A program made the translations under genes and the position numbers. The notes under the pieces were generated by a model. The model searched no databases, had not been told where the DNA came from, and saw only the letters and a program-made list of their open reading frames with translations. A stretch of DNA of 64,000 nt, from assembly GCF_009914755.1 (NCBI RefSeq), contig NC_060933.1, one strand, 5' to 3'. The stretch is from the human T2T-CHM13v2.0 reference genome, Homo sapiens. This document shows, one piece after another, positions 13,043 to 26,739 of the stretch (position 1 is the stretch's first letter; each line of letters begins with the position of its first letter).

Positions 13043-14218
13043 CAGTCATGGGTCACTTGACGACGGGGATACATTCTGAGAAATGCATCATTAGGTGATT
13101 TAGTTGCTGTGTGACATCATAGAGTGTATTTACGCAAACGTAGATGGTATAGATTACTACACACCTAGGCTCTATGGCATACCCCATTGCTCCTATGCGA
13201 TAAACCTATACAGCATGTAACTGTGCTGAATACTGTAGGCAATTGTAATAAAATGGTATTTGTATATCTAAACACAGAAAAGGTAGAGTAAAAATATGGT
13301 ATAAAAATATAAAATGGCACACTTGTATAGGGCACCCTTACCATGAATGGAGCTTGCAGGACTGAAAGCTGCTCTGGGTGAGTCAGTGAGTGAGTGGTAA
13401 GTGAACGTGAATATCTACTACACTACTGTAGACTTTATAAACATTACACTTAGGCTACATGAAATTTACACTAAAAATGTTCTTTCTTTAATAAAAAATT
13501 AAACTTAGCTTACTATAATTTTTTTTACCTTATAAGCCTTTTTAACTTTTTGACTGTTTTGTAATAACTTAGTTTTAAAACACAAACACATTGTTCCGTG
13601 TACAGAAAATGTCTTTTCTTTGTATTCTTATTCTATAGGCTTTTTACTATTTTTAAATTTTTATTTTTTTACTTTTTAAACCTTCTTGTTAAAAACTAAG
13701 ACAGAAACACACACATTAGCCTAGGCCTACACAGGGTCATGATCATCAATATTACTGTCTTCCACCCCCATATCTTGTCCCACTGAAATGTCTTCAGGGG
13801 CAAGAACATGCACAGAGCTGTCATCTCCTATAACAACAACGTATTCTGAAATGTCTTCTGAAAGACCAACCTATGGCTGTTTTACAGTAAATTTCTTAAA
13901 AATAAGTAGATGGGGGACACTCTAAAATAATGGTAAAAAGTATAGTAAGTAAATACTAAACCAGTAACACAGACGTTCATCATCATTCTCAAGTATTATG
14001 TACTGTGCTTAATGGTATTGCCAGACTTGTATACTACTGGCAGCAGAGTAGATCTGTTTACACCAGTATCACCACAAATACATGAGTAATGCATTGTGCT
14101 ATGATGTTATGACATCACTAGACAACAGGACACTTTCAACTCCATTATAATCTTATGGGATCACTGTTATATATGCAGTCTGCCATTGACCGAAACAGCA
14201 TTATGTGGCACACGAGTG
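13043..14218 (+). mobile_element. Tigger3b (MER7B) DNA transposon derivative
   Basis: TIRs cagtcatgggtcacttgacgac / cagcattatgtggcacacgagtg, ~1.18 kb, TA on the left flank. Confidence 0.9.
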
Positions 14219-14383
14219 CACTTCAAAAAGAAGTGCTTGAGTTATGATTTAAACAGATAACATATAAAATGGAACTTTAAAATAAACATACATTCTAAAA
14301 CCTTATCATAGACCCTCAAGAGCTCTTTTAAAAATCTAATCACGGAGGAAAGAAAATTAACATTAACATACATAATTTTCCTT

Positions 14384-14594
14384 ACATGGACATGAAGATG
14401 GAAAGAATAGACACTGGGGACTCCAAAAGCAGAGAGGCAGGGAAGGGGACAAGGGTTGAAAAAATACCTATTGGATACTATGTTCACTATTTGGGCATAG
14501 GTTCAATTGAAGCCCAAACCTCGGCATCAACAATATATCCACGTAACAAACCTGCACATGTATGCCCTGAATCTAAAAATAAAATAAGATAAAA
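14384..14594 (+). mobile_element. L1PB3/4-like 3' end
   Basis: gtaacaaacctgcacatgtatgccctgaatcta followed by an A tail. Confidence 0.8.
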
Positions 14595-14635
14595 CATGTG
14601 TTTTTCCTGACAGCTTGTCTCCAAATTCACTGTCA

Positions 14636-14975
<340 letters not shown>

Positions 14976-15489
14976 TATCCTCTCAAAATTTTGGTTTTAA
15001 AAATTTGGGAAAGACCTGATGAATCTCCAGTACAGCATTAGTTTTGAAATTTACACAAATATATAGGAAATATCCTTCCTGAGGTGTACAAACATATATG
15101 AATGTTAGCAACATAAGAATGGTCACCCCAAGTATGTAACACAATATATATGTGTTCTTTCGTACAGACTGTAGTCACACCTGGATTCTTTCATACAAAT
15201 TTACTCCAAACTCTTAAATCCATGCCATAAATTAACAATGAATGACTAGCTAATGAATTTTCAACACAAGGACTAAAAGGAATTCCTATCAGTTCTTTCA
15301 AACATGCAAACCAGTAAACCTTAACACCTGTCAAGAATCATAGGTCTTGCCAGGGAAAAGGAGCAACATATTTAATTAAGCACACCCCTCTCCAAAAATG
15401 TTTCCTACTCAAATAAGGGTAGAACAGTACTTTATTCCCAGAGAAGCTTCTAGAAAGAGTTAACTACATTTGTTCTCTTCTTCTTCAAC

Positions 15490-16940
15490 TCCTACTCAGT
15501 TCTCCACCCAAAACTATAGTTTCTGCCTTCAATATTTCACTGACACTGCCCTGGGTAAGGCCAACACCAACCTTTGTTTTTGCCAAATCCAGTGAACATA
15601 TTTCCATACTCATTTGTGATTATTTGCCCACCTGATTTTCATAATACTTCCCTCTCCTTCTCTTTCTAAACAAATCTCCTTTCTGTCTCTCCCTTAAATG
15701 CTGCTGCTTTCCTGGGTACTGACTTCTTTCATTCTCAAACTACATCATCTAGCTGAGAAATCTAATGCAAACCTAGCGTTTTAACTAAGACTTTCATATT
15801 GATGCTCACTAAATTTCTACCTGTAGCTAACATTTTTTTCTTGAAATCAAGACCTGCCCTCTGGATACTTTTCTTTATATGTCTGATAAGTACTTCAGGC
15901 TGTACAAGACCCAAAATGAGTTCATTATCTAGTCTGCTATACCACCTCATCCTGAATCCTTGAACTCTGTGTCTGAAAGTCAACAGGAACATTATCCTAC
16001 CACCCATCAAGTGAGACATTTAAAGGAGAATCCACCTGTTTTACTCTCTAGAGGCAATTACTCATTGGAGCCTACCAATCCTAGCTCTGTAACATCATTT
16101 CCTCTCAACCATTATTTCTGCTGTCATGACTTAGGAACTCATTATATCTCCTATTGACTCTTGCAGCACCCATCTGATTCATCTTCATACCTCTAGCTTT
16201 GTACACCTACCTTTCACCAGTCTAACCTCTCTACTGCTGTCAGGGTGGTCCTTCTAACATGCAAATCTGAACACATCACTCCTCTGCTTAAAATTCTTCA
16301 GTAGTTCCCAAGTCATGTTTCCCAAACTTTTCTTTCCCCTAGAGGTTCTGATTCATTAGATCAGAGCTAGGACTTTAAGGTCCTATATTTTAATGAGAGC
16401 CCCAGGCGATTCTTATAATTAGGCAAGGCAACCTTGATCTAAATAATTAAGTCTCAACTTTTTGCATAGCATGTAAGTCCAGCCTCATCATTCCTGCCTG
16501 TTTTCCCCAGAACCCCTCGATACATACACTGAAGTTAACATTTAACTACACTGAGTCATATATAATTCCCCTAAAGTGCCAAAATGCCATGCTGTCTTAC
16601 ACCTCATCACCTTTGTGTGGGCTGCTTCTGCTGCCTACAATGCAGTCTCTGGCTTATTCATTGGTCCTGCGATTTTTGGTCAAAATATTACCTCATGTAT
16701 GAAGCCTTCTTGGATTTTCTCAATAAAATTTAGAGATGCCTTCTCCTGTGTACCCATGAATTTTGTGTATACCCTCATTACAGCACTTTACTCTACTCCT
16801 ATCCTTCTATTATAATTATTTAGATCTACATTGAACCATTAGACTAGGGGATTTTCAGGAATAGAAAGCTTTATCTTCTTATCCATAACATTTTGCACAG
16901 ATGCTAGTATTAAACATTAGAGAAATTAGCAAATAAATGA
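15490..16940 (+). mobile_element. L2 with an internal MER5-like insertion (~16310-16440)
   Basis: gccaaatccagtgaaca and catgcaaatctgaacacatcactcctctgcttaaaa (L2); cccaggcgattctta (MER5). Confidence 0.75.
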
Positions 16941-17089
16941 CCAAAAACCGCATTAATGAAAAGTATTGGCTTGGATCCTAGCTTCATTCTGGCAAGAACT
17001 AGGTGTCTCATCAAAGAACAAGTAGCACACCCTCTCATAACCTGTTTCCTCACATATAAAAGTGACAGATTTCACACATGATTTCTTTT

Positions 17090-17360
17090 GGTTTATTATT
17101 TAATATTTTATTATGAAAAATTCAAACATATACAAAAGTACAAAGAATGGTATACTGAACCCTCTAGGGCACACATCTACCTTTAATCATTATAGACTCC
17201 TAGCCAATATTTTCCTCTATACCTCCACCCACTTCTCCTTCTTCAGATTATTTTAATGCAAATTCCACCTATCTATCATTTAACCCCTAAATATTTTGGC
17301 ATGTATTTCCAAAAATAAAGACTACTTTAAAATCTTTAACATAATACTATAATAACACCT
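17090..17360 (-). mobile_element. L1MC4/5-like 3' end (resumes at ~20096-20140)
   Basis: tttattatgaaaaattcaaacatatacaaaagta; continuation aaaattaacaataattccttaatatc after the LTR block. Confidence 0.7.
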
Positions 17361-17480
17361 CGGTAGATTGAATATCAAAGGTCCTAATTCTTAACACACC
17401 CCCTCTTATTAGTATTATTCATCCATACCTTGATTTGGCATCAAATATTTCCCTACTTCTTGAATCTGAGTTTGGCCATA

Positions 17481-19772
17481 TGATGTGTTTATGCTGTGTC
17501 CCCACCCAAATCTCATCTTGAATTGTTGCTCCCATAATCTGCACGTCACGGGAAGGAGCTAGCGGGAGGTAACTGAATCAAGGAGTGGGTTTTTCCCATG
17601 CTGTTCTCATGATAACGAATAAGTCTCATAAGATCTAATGGCTTTATAAATGGCAGTTCCCCTGCACATGCTCTCTTGCCTGCTGCCATGAAAGATGTGC
17701 CTTTGCTCTTCCTTCACCTTCCATCAAGATTGTGAGGCCTTATCAGCCATGTGGAACTGTGAGTTGATTAAACCTGTGTTTTTGTATTAATAAATTTTCC
17801 TGTCTCGGGTATTTCTTCATAGCAGTATGAAAATGGATTAATACAGTAAATTGGTACTAGGAGTGGGGTGCTGCTACTAAGATACCCCAAAATGTGGAAG
17901 CAACTTGCATCTGGGTAACAGGCGGAGGTTGGAACAGTTTGGAGGGCTCAGAAGAAGACAGGAAGATGTGGAAATGTTTGGAGCTTCCTAGAGACTTGTC
18001 GAATGGTTTTGACCAAAAAACCCAGGCTGAGGTAGTCTCAGATGGAGATGATGAACTTATTGGGAACTGGAGCAAAGGTGATTCATGTTATACTTCAGCA
18101 AAGAGACTGGCAGCATTTTGCTCCTGCCCTAGAGATCTGTGGAACTTTGAACTAGAGAGAGATGATTTAGGGTATCTGGAGGAAGAAATTTCTAAGCAGC
18201 AAAGTGTTCAAGAGGTGATTTGGGTGTTCTTAAAAGCATTCAGTTTTATTTATTCACAAAGATACGGTTTGGAATTGAAACTTATGTTTAAAAGGGAAGC
18301 AGAGCATAAAAGTTCAGAAAATTTGCAGCCTAACAACGCAATAGAAAAGAAAAACCCAATTTCTGAGGAGAAATTCAAGCCAGCTCTAGAAATTTGCAGA
18401 AGTAAAAAGGAGCCAAAGGTTAATTGCCAAGACAATAGGGAAAATGTCTCCAAAGCATGTCAAAGGTCTTCACGGCAGGCCCTCCCATCACAGCCTGGGA
18501 GGCCTAGGAGGAAATAATGATTTCTTGGGCTAGGCCCAGGGCCTTGCTGGTTTGTGAAGTCTCAGGACCTAGTAACCCGTGTCTTAGCCATGGCTAAAAG
18601 GGGCCAACATACAGCTCAGGCTGTTGCTTCAGAGGGTGCAAGCCCCAAGCCTTGGCAGCATACATGTGGTGTTGGGCCTGTGGGTGCACAGAAGTCAAGA
18701 ACTGAAGTTTAGGAATCTCTGCCTAGATTTCAGAGGATGTATGGGAACACCTGGATGTCCAGACAGAGGTGTGCTGCAGGGATGGAGCCCTCATGAAGAA
18801 ACTCTGCTAGGGCAGTGCAGAAGGGAAATGTGGGGTTGGAATCCCCCTAGAGTCCCAACTGGAGCACTGCCTAGTAGAGCTCTGAAGAGAAGGCCACTGT
18901 CCTCCAGACACCAGAATAGTAGATCCACCAACAGCTTGTACTGTGTGCCTGGAAAAGCCACAGACACTCAATGGCAGCTCATAAAAGCTGCCAGAAGCAG
19001 GGCTGTCTGTATTCTGCAAAGCCACAGGGTCGGAGCTGCCCAAGACCATGGTAACCCACCTCTTGCATCAGTGTAACCTGGATGTGAGACAGAGTCCAAG
19101 GAGATCATTTTGGGGTTTTAAGATTTGACTGCCCTGCTGAATTTTGGACTTGCATGGGGCCTGTAGCCCCTGAATTTTGGCCAATTTGTCCCATTTGGAA
19201 TGGGTGTATTTACCCAGTGCTGTACCCCCATTGTGTCTAAGAAGTAACTAATTTGCTTTTGATTTTACTGTCTCATAGGCAGAAAGGATTTGCCTTGTCT
19301 CAGATGAGACTTTGGATGGTGGACTTTTGAGTTAATGCTGAAATGAATGAAGACTTTGGGGGACTGCTGGGAAAGCATGATTGGTTTTGAAATGTGAGGA
19401 TATGAGATTTGGGAGGGGCTGGGGTGGAGTGATATGGTTTGGCTGTGTCCCCACCCAAATCTCATTTTGGATTGTAGCTCCCATAATCCCCACATGTCAT
19501 GGGAGGGACCCAGTGGGAGGTAATTGAATCATGGGGTGGGGGGGGGTTCCTATGCTGTTCTCATGATAGTGAATGCATCTCCCAAGATTTGATGGGTTTA
19601 TAAAGGGCAGTTCCCCTGCAAAATATACGCTCTTGTATGCCACCATGTAAGATATGCCTTTGCTCCTTCTTCACCTTCTGCCATGAACTGTAAGCCCATT
19701 AAACCTCTTTTTTAAAATAAATTACCCAGTCTTGATTATTTCTTCATAGCAGTATGAAAATGGACTAATATA
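17481..19772 (+). mobile_element. Full-length THE1B (LTR 17481-17845, internal 17846-19429, LTR 19430-19772)
   Basis: Two THE1B LTRs, THE1-int and purine tract. The 3' LTR has a ~25-bp internal deletion near 19686. Right TSD is eroded. Confidence 0.94.
17966..18517 (+). pseudogene. Remnant MaLR (THE1-int) ORF, 183 codons from ATG
   Basis: MWKCLELPRDLSNGFDQ...GDDELIGNWSKGDSCY...DLWNFELERDDLGYL matches the recalled THE1-int reading frame. Confidence 0.75.
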
Positions 19773-20164
19773 TGTGAATTGCTTTCATCACAGGGTTGTT
19801 AGTGGACATCATCCGAGCAAAACTTGAAAAGTGCTTATATGACTGGGCTTACCTGTACATGTTCCTGCTTTTACATGAGAGGCACATGCCTCCAATATAA
19901 CCACTGGTCCAAGAAAGATAGGAAATACATGGAGAAAACCTGGTTTCTATCTGAAGTTTGGAGCCACCCCAACAAAAAAAAGCCTGAAGAAGGGGCACTC
20001 CAAGCCACTCAAAAACACATGAGCAAGAAATAAATGCCTATTGCTGATGCCACTGATATGTTATGGTTGTTTGTTATTATGCTGAAAAAACAGACAATAA
20101 AAATTAACAATAATTCCTTAATATCAAATACACAGAATGTTAACTAAATGATTTTTTATGTACA

Positions 20165-21170
20165 GTTATTTATAGGTTTAGAGGTAAAATTTGCATATGA
20201 TGAAATGCATAAATTCTAAGTATATCATTTATTGAGCTTTGACAAATGATATACAACTATGTAACCCCAAACCCTGTCAAGATACAGAACATTACATCTC
20301 TAGAGAAAGTTCCCTCAGGTCCCATCCAAATCTATTCTCACCCACCACTCACCCCCTCAGGCAAACACTGTTTTTGTTTTCTATACCACTAGAGATTAGT
20401 TTTGCCTGCTTGAGTACTTTGTATAAATGGAATCCTACAGCCTGTATTTTTGTGTGAGGTTTCTTCAACTCAGTATGTTTTTGAGGTTCATCCATGTTGC
20501 GTGTATCAATAGTTTGTTCCCTTTTATTGATGAGCAATATTCTAATGTATAGATATGCAGTGGTTTGTTTAGCCATTTTCCTATTAACAGACACATGAGT
20601 TGAATCCATTGTTGGCTAAGCTATGGTGCACATTTTTATAAGTCTTTTTATAGATATATATTTTCATTTCTCCTGGGAAATTACCTGGTTGGGAAATTTT
20701 TGAATCAAAGGTTAGGTGTATCTTTTGTTTTATAGAAAATGATGGTTCCTGTTTCCAAAATGATCGTACCATTTTACATTCCTACTCACAGTGTCTAAGA
20801 GTTCTGGTTACTCCACATCCTTGCTAATATTTGATGTCAATCTTCTTTACTTCGGCCTTTCTGGTGGGTATGTAGTGGTATTTCATCATGGTTTTAATTT
20901 GCCTTTCCCACTTCCCTGATGATGTGGAAAGCTTTCCTTATGTTTGTTGGTTATTCATGGATCTTCTTTTATGAAGTATCTGATAATCATTTGCCAACTT
21001 TTTATCAGATCATTTTGGCATATTATCATAGAACTATAGGACTTTTTTTATAAATCTTGAAAACAAATCATTTGCCAGTACATATTTTGAAATGTTTTCT
21101 TTCAGTCTATAATCTACCTATTCAAGTTTTAAATTGTCTTTTAGAGGTTAAACTTTTTATTTTGCAATCA
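20165..21170 (-). mobile_element. L1ME1/L1MD-like 3' end
   Basis: gagctttgacaaatg...gtcaagatacagaacatt...agaaagttccctc; ORF2 C-terminal motifs. Confidence 0.8.
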
Positions 21171-21239
21171 CTGTTTCTCCAATGGATAACATCTTGAATA
21201 TCTATGCTACAGTATCACAACTACTGACAACCATATAGT

Positions 21240-22875
21240 CAAAACCCAATGAAAAAAATAAATAATATATCTTAAAATATTCAAATAATCTCCAAAAAGC
21301 TAGAAAGAAGGAAGAGGAACACAATATTAAGGAGATTAATAAAAATGAATCATAAAATATAGACCTAACTAGATCGAATGTCTTTTCATTTTAATAGACT
21401 CAACAATTCATGATTATCCTAGTAAGTTTCTCAGAAGAAATCAATAAGCTGGTTCTAAACTGCATATAGAAAGGTAAAAGACCTAGAATAGGCAAAAATT
21501 TTTTTTAAGTTGGAATACTTACCTTGTCTGATTTTAGGACTTACTTTAAAGCTACACTTATAAAAGCAGTACGATATTGACCTAAGACCTACAGATCAAT
21601 GAGACAGAACTCAGAAGGAGTATCAAAGTATCTTTGTTAATAAATAAAATTGAATTACCCCTAAGTAATTATATGGGGAAGGGAAGTTTTTTCCAAAAGA
21701 TGGTGCTGAAACAACTACTTGTCCCACAAGGAAAAAAAAACAAAATCCAAGCCGTTTTTTTTCCCCCGCCTGTGGCAACATATAAAAAAAAACAAGTATT
21801 ATGAAATACATCATAGACCTAACAGTAAAAGCCCAAATCATAAAATGTCTAAAAGAAAAAAAGGAGAAAACCTTTGTGATATTGGGTAAGATAAATATTT
21901 CTTAAACAGGCCACAAAGAATACAAACATAAAAGAAAAAAATAAACTAGATGCATTCTATCTAAATTTAAAAACATGAGCTCTTAAACATGGTTAAGAGA
22001 GCAAAAAGGCCAGACACAGACTGGGAGAAAATATTTTCAAAACACACATCAGGTAAAAAGTTTATATCTAGAACATATAGAGAATGCTTAGAACTCAATA
22101 ATAAGACCGTCCTGAATTTTTTTAATGGGCAAAAGATTTAAACAGACATTTCATGAAAGAGGATCAACATCCAATACATGTGTGAAAAGATACCACCAGG
22201 CATTAGAGAAACATAAATTCAAATTGCAATGAGATATCACTACACACTCACTGGAAACAAATATTAAAAAGGCAGACAATACAAAGTGTTGGTGAGGATG
22301 TAGAACAACTAGTATCTCATAACTTGCTGGTTTCATTTGCACAGTGATACAATCACTTTGGTAAAAACATTTTGGCAGTATCTTATAAAAAGTTAAATGT
22401 TTACTTATCTTAGACATTTATCCAAGATAAATATTTTGTGTCACTTGAGTCAAAATAACTTATGTATATATGAATGATAGTAGCAGCATTATTAAGAAGC
22501 CAAAACTGGAAACACAAATATCATTCAACTAGTACAAAAAAGAAATTGTGACATATCCATATTAAGGACTATATTCAGCAATGAAAAGGAACAAACTGCA
22601 GGTACATGCACCAACATGCGTGAATTGTAATAGCATCATACTAAGTGAAATAAGTCAAGCATAAAGGTGATAAGAGGGCAGATCAGTAGCTGCCTGTGCA
22701 TAGTAATCATCTGTGGAGGTAATCAACTGCAAGTGGACAAGAAAAAACCTTTTGAAGTAATGGAAATTACCTGATTGTGATATTGGTTACACAACTGTAC
22801 ACAACTGCCAACTTCATCAAAATGCACAAACTGGGACAATGTATTGTACCTAAATTATACCTCAAAAAAGTTAAG
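21240..22875 (+). mobile_element. L1ME/MD-like ORF2 fragments and 3' end
   Basis: aatgggcaaaagatttaaacagacatttc; ends taaattatacctcaaaaaag. Confidence 0.8.
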
Positions 22876-23529
22876 AACATACATATGAGAAATGTAATAA
22901 ATCATAATATCAACAATAAAATCCCCTAATTATGAGACTATTTTGTTTTCCTCATAAGGGAAAAAATAATGAATGAGCAAGAGTCGCACCCATTCCTTCT
23001 TTCTACTAGAAATAAATGAATCAGTCTGGATGAAGTATTCATCAAAAATGATGCCATGCTATAATTGAGCATAAGAAGAGTACAAATTAAAGTTATTTAT
23101 GTCTAAAATTTCCTTCCAAAGCTTCAAATGATTCAGAGGAAAAGAGAACATTGACATAATCATGTGAAATTCAATAGCTTTTTAGTCCTGGTTTCTCCAT
23201 TTGGGTTATCTTTATTTTGGTGCTCTCTGAGGTCCTTTGTCAAATCCTCAGCCTCTCTCAAAAACAGTACACACTCCCTTCCCCCAAGTACTATCTAGAC
23301 CTGTGGTGTAAGGGAAAGCCATCAATTGAAAGCTTCAGTATAACACTTTCACCGTTATTAAGTCATTGCTTCATTCATGTGAAAAAAAATTTAGTCAGTG
23401 CTTGAGTGTTAGGGGCAGCATGAGGAGGAATGAGGCTGTTCAGGAGTTACCTATGTAAGTACCAAGTGTAAATTAATGTGGGGGGATATAAAAGTATGCT
23501 TATATAAAATATTAAACGTATATGTCTGT

Positions 23530-23710
23530 CTTTGTTGAACAGTGACTATATGCCACAATTCTCTCATTTAGTGTTCCCAACAACCCTATCACCTAGGTTT
23601 ATGCTTTTATCCCCATTTTACAGATGAGGAAATGGAGACACAAAAAAAGTAAGAAACTTGTCTGACCCATGCATAAACCAAACCCCCTGCTCTTTCGGCT
23701 GTGCAGCATA
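23530..23710 (-). mobile_element. MIR
   Basis: Core atccccattttacagatgaggaaatggag. Confidence 0.8.
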
Positions 23711-24269
23711 GACAACACAACCCTAGCAGAAATAAGGAAATGAGTAAGTGAAATGAAAGAAGAGGCATTGTTCCTGCCTTTCAGCAGCTCACAATCTTAC
23801 AGTCTAACAATATAAAACAGGCCCTTGAGAGCTTCGAGAATAATGAGATGCCACACTGCGTGCATGTGTACGAGTACGTGTCTGTATGCGTAACAAGTAG
23901 GTTACTGACAGACATGTCAAAAGAGATAGATAATGAAAATACAATGGCCACAATTTGAAATTAGATATGCAAATTAAAGCCATTTCTCCCTACCTAGGAA
24001 TTTTTCTGAGTTGCTGAGAAAATAGCAAAAATCGGATTGGGAATAGTTTTGCTTTATTTTCAAAATTATCTGTAATATTTCTTCTATTTATTGTAAACAC
24101 CTTAATGATAGGTAGAATGCCATTTAAGCACTTTGAAGTCCCACAATGTGTTATTGAAGCTAACATGAAAATATTGCTTAAATGCTAATTGTGTTTGTGG
24201 ACATGTTAAGTTTTTAAGAAACAGAAATAAGCAGGCATTTGCATTCTGATGCTTAAAAACCCCTGTTTA

Positions 24270-24578
<309 letters not shown>

Positions 24579-24744
24579 TTAATCTAATGTTGATGTCACC
24601 TTTTCTCTAACATGTCTATTCCAACTAAATTCATATTAAATTTCAAATTCATAAGACAATGCAGAAAGCACAGGGTGTGCTTGTCACACGGGTGGCTTCA
24701 GGAAGAGCCATTTTAACCTAAAACCTGAGAGATTAGTCTAGACC

Positions 24745-24893
24745 CAGATAAAGAAAAAAGACAGAAGGAAAAGACAGAAACAAGGAAAGAGGGAGAAAGA
24801 CAGGGAAGGAGGGAGAGCAGGAAGGAGGGAGAGAAAGGAGGGAGGGAGGGAAGAAGAAAAAAAGGAAGAAAGAAAAGGAAGAAGGAGGGAAGG
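24745..24893. repeat. GA-rich polypurine low-complexity tract
   Basis: About 150 nt almost entirely A/G on the plus strand. Confidence 0.9.
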
Positions 24894-25436
24894 ATTCCAC
24901 TTTTCCAGACTCCTGAGGTTGGAGGAAAGGACCTTCCACCAGAAGTTTGTTCCTTATGTATCCATCGCTTCTGAACTTCATCTTGGCCATGGACTCTTAG
25001 TCAAATCATTAACCTCTTTGAGCCCTAATTTTCTCATCTGCAAATTACAGGTAATTGCAGTGATTCCAGTCTTTTCAGGCAAGACTTAACTGTGACAATA
25101 TGTGTGAAAGCGATTGAAAGCCTCTAAAATATCTTACAAATATTCATCTATTGGGGGCCTGTGTGTTTAAATAGCATTGCCACTGCCAAGTTTTTGGGGA
25201 ATAAGCATAGAACTTTACCCTGTGCAAAACTAAACTCCCCTGATTCCTCTCTGCAAGCAGCCCGAACGTTGGGAGATCCAGCAGGAAAGGAAAGCAACCC
25301 TCAGAATCAGGATGGAACGTGATGCCAAAGATGGGAGGAGAGTGGAAGCAGGGAGAGCTGGACTGAGAGACTGTTTAACGTTCAAAACCAGTGCCAAGCT
25401 AAATTAGAAACAGGAGTCTACATACCTGTAACTTAC

Positions 25437-25552
25437 CTCATCGGTATATAATTTGTAACCTGAGATCCCCTCACAGAGAAGTAAAAATAGCAAGGCTCTC
25501 AAGCAGACTTCTGCTCTGCTGAGTGCAAGGGCAGGGTGAGGGAGGGCCAGCA
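25437..25552 (-). other. Candidate 116-nt internal exon
   Basis: Acceptor ccttggcccttttatctttccccAG|tg and donor GAG|GTAAGT, in unique sequence. Confidence 0.4.
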
Positions 25553-26739
25553 CTGGGGAAAGATAAAAGGGCCAAGGCAGAGAATGCCAATCATGTGGTC
25601 TTGGCAAGAACACCTTCTCTCCTATACCCTGGGTGATGGTATGGAGAATATAGCCAAGAGAGGTGACATCAGGAGGCTGACAAGCAAACCTTCCAGGCAG
25701 AGGAGGACCTGTTGCCCTAGAGTCACCTGTTTTTGGTTTTTGTCATAGGTCGTATGACATTTCCTCAAAGGGAAGTGTCACTGAAGTTCTGAGCCTGCCT
25801 AATCCTGCCATGATCAAGGCAAGTTAACTAGTCCAGGAAACGCCAGTACTCAGGCAGGTGCAGAACAGATGAGTCTGTTTTCAAGTTTTGTAGCTGGCTC
25901 CCAACACCCTGGAAGAGATGATTTGCTGCATAGTTGTCTCACTCTCTGTGAACACATTTTTCCCTCACTGGGTCAGTGAGCTTGGGAATCTTCAGAGAAC
26001 AGTTAGCTTCCTTCCTTCAATTTAGGGTATAGTCCCTCTCAAATCAAGTCTATGCCATTTTAACATCACCAATTGTGCAAGTGATAGAGGAAAGCTTTGT
26101 CCTTCCTTAACTCCTGCTACATGGAAAAAGTGACAAAGTAGAAAGGAGAGGAAGCTTATTTTTTAATTAATCACATCAAAAAAATGGGCATGTCTCTGCA
26201 TTCTTTGTAATGATTATATATTGAAAGCTATTAATATAACAAATGCAATACTGAGAATTTCTAATGTGGAATCAACACCATCTTTGTAAAGGAAACCTTA
26301 CTTGTATTATTTTTAAAAAGGAAGAAGAAGAATCATCATCATCATCATCATCAGAGATGTTAGATCTCGGAATGGTCCCACAATTTCAAATTCTCTAAAA
26401 AAAAAAACCAAAACAAAGAAACCCAACCCAAGATATTAAACTAAATAATCAGTGCCCATTGGCTAGGCAAATTGCTCTCTAATGTTTCAAATATGTTTTT
26501 GTGTTAATTTGTAAAACTCTGTTCATGTAAATGGGTTTTGTTCATTCGTTTTGCAAGAATTCAAATATTCTTCCAGTTACCATTTGAAGAGAAGGTAATT
26601 TTTGTTTCAAACTGCCTCCTGTTCATAAATAGGTTCATCAGGTCTTATTTATTACGAAGAATCAAGACAGAACTGCAAGCTCTTCATGGCTTTCCTAAAA
26701 GAAAGCAACCAGGAACAACACAACAGAGTAGAAACAAAG

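Larger units (their letters stand above)
17361..20095 (+). mobile_element. MLT1 (H/I/J-type) LTR split by THE1B (pieces 17361-17480 and 19773-20095)
   Basis: cttgaatctgagtttggcca|tgtgaattgcttt joins across the THE1B. 3' part aataaatgcctattg...gccactga...ggttgtttgtta. Confidence 0.75.
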
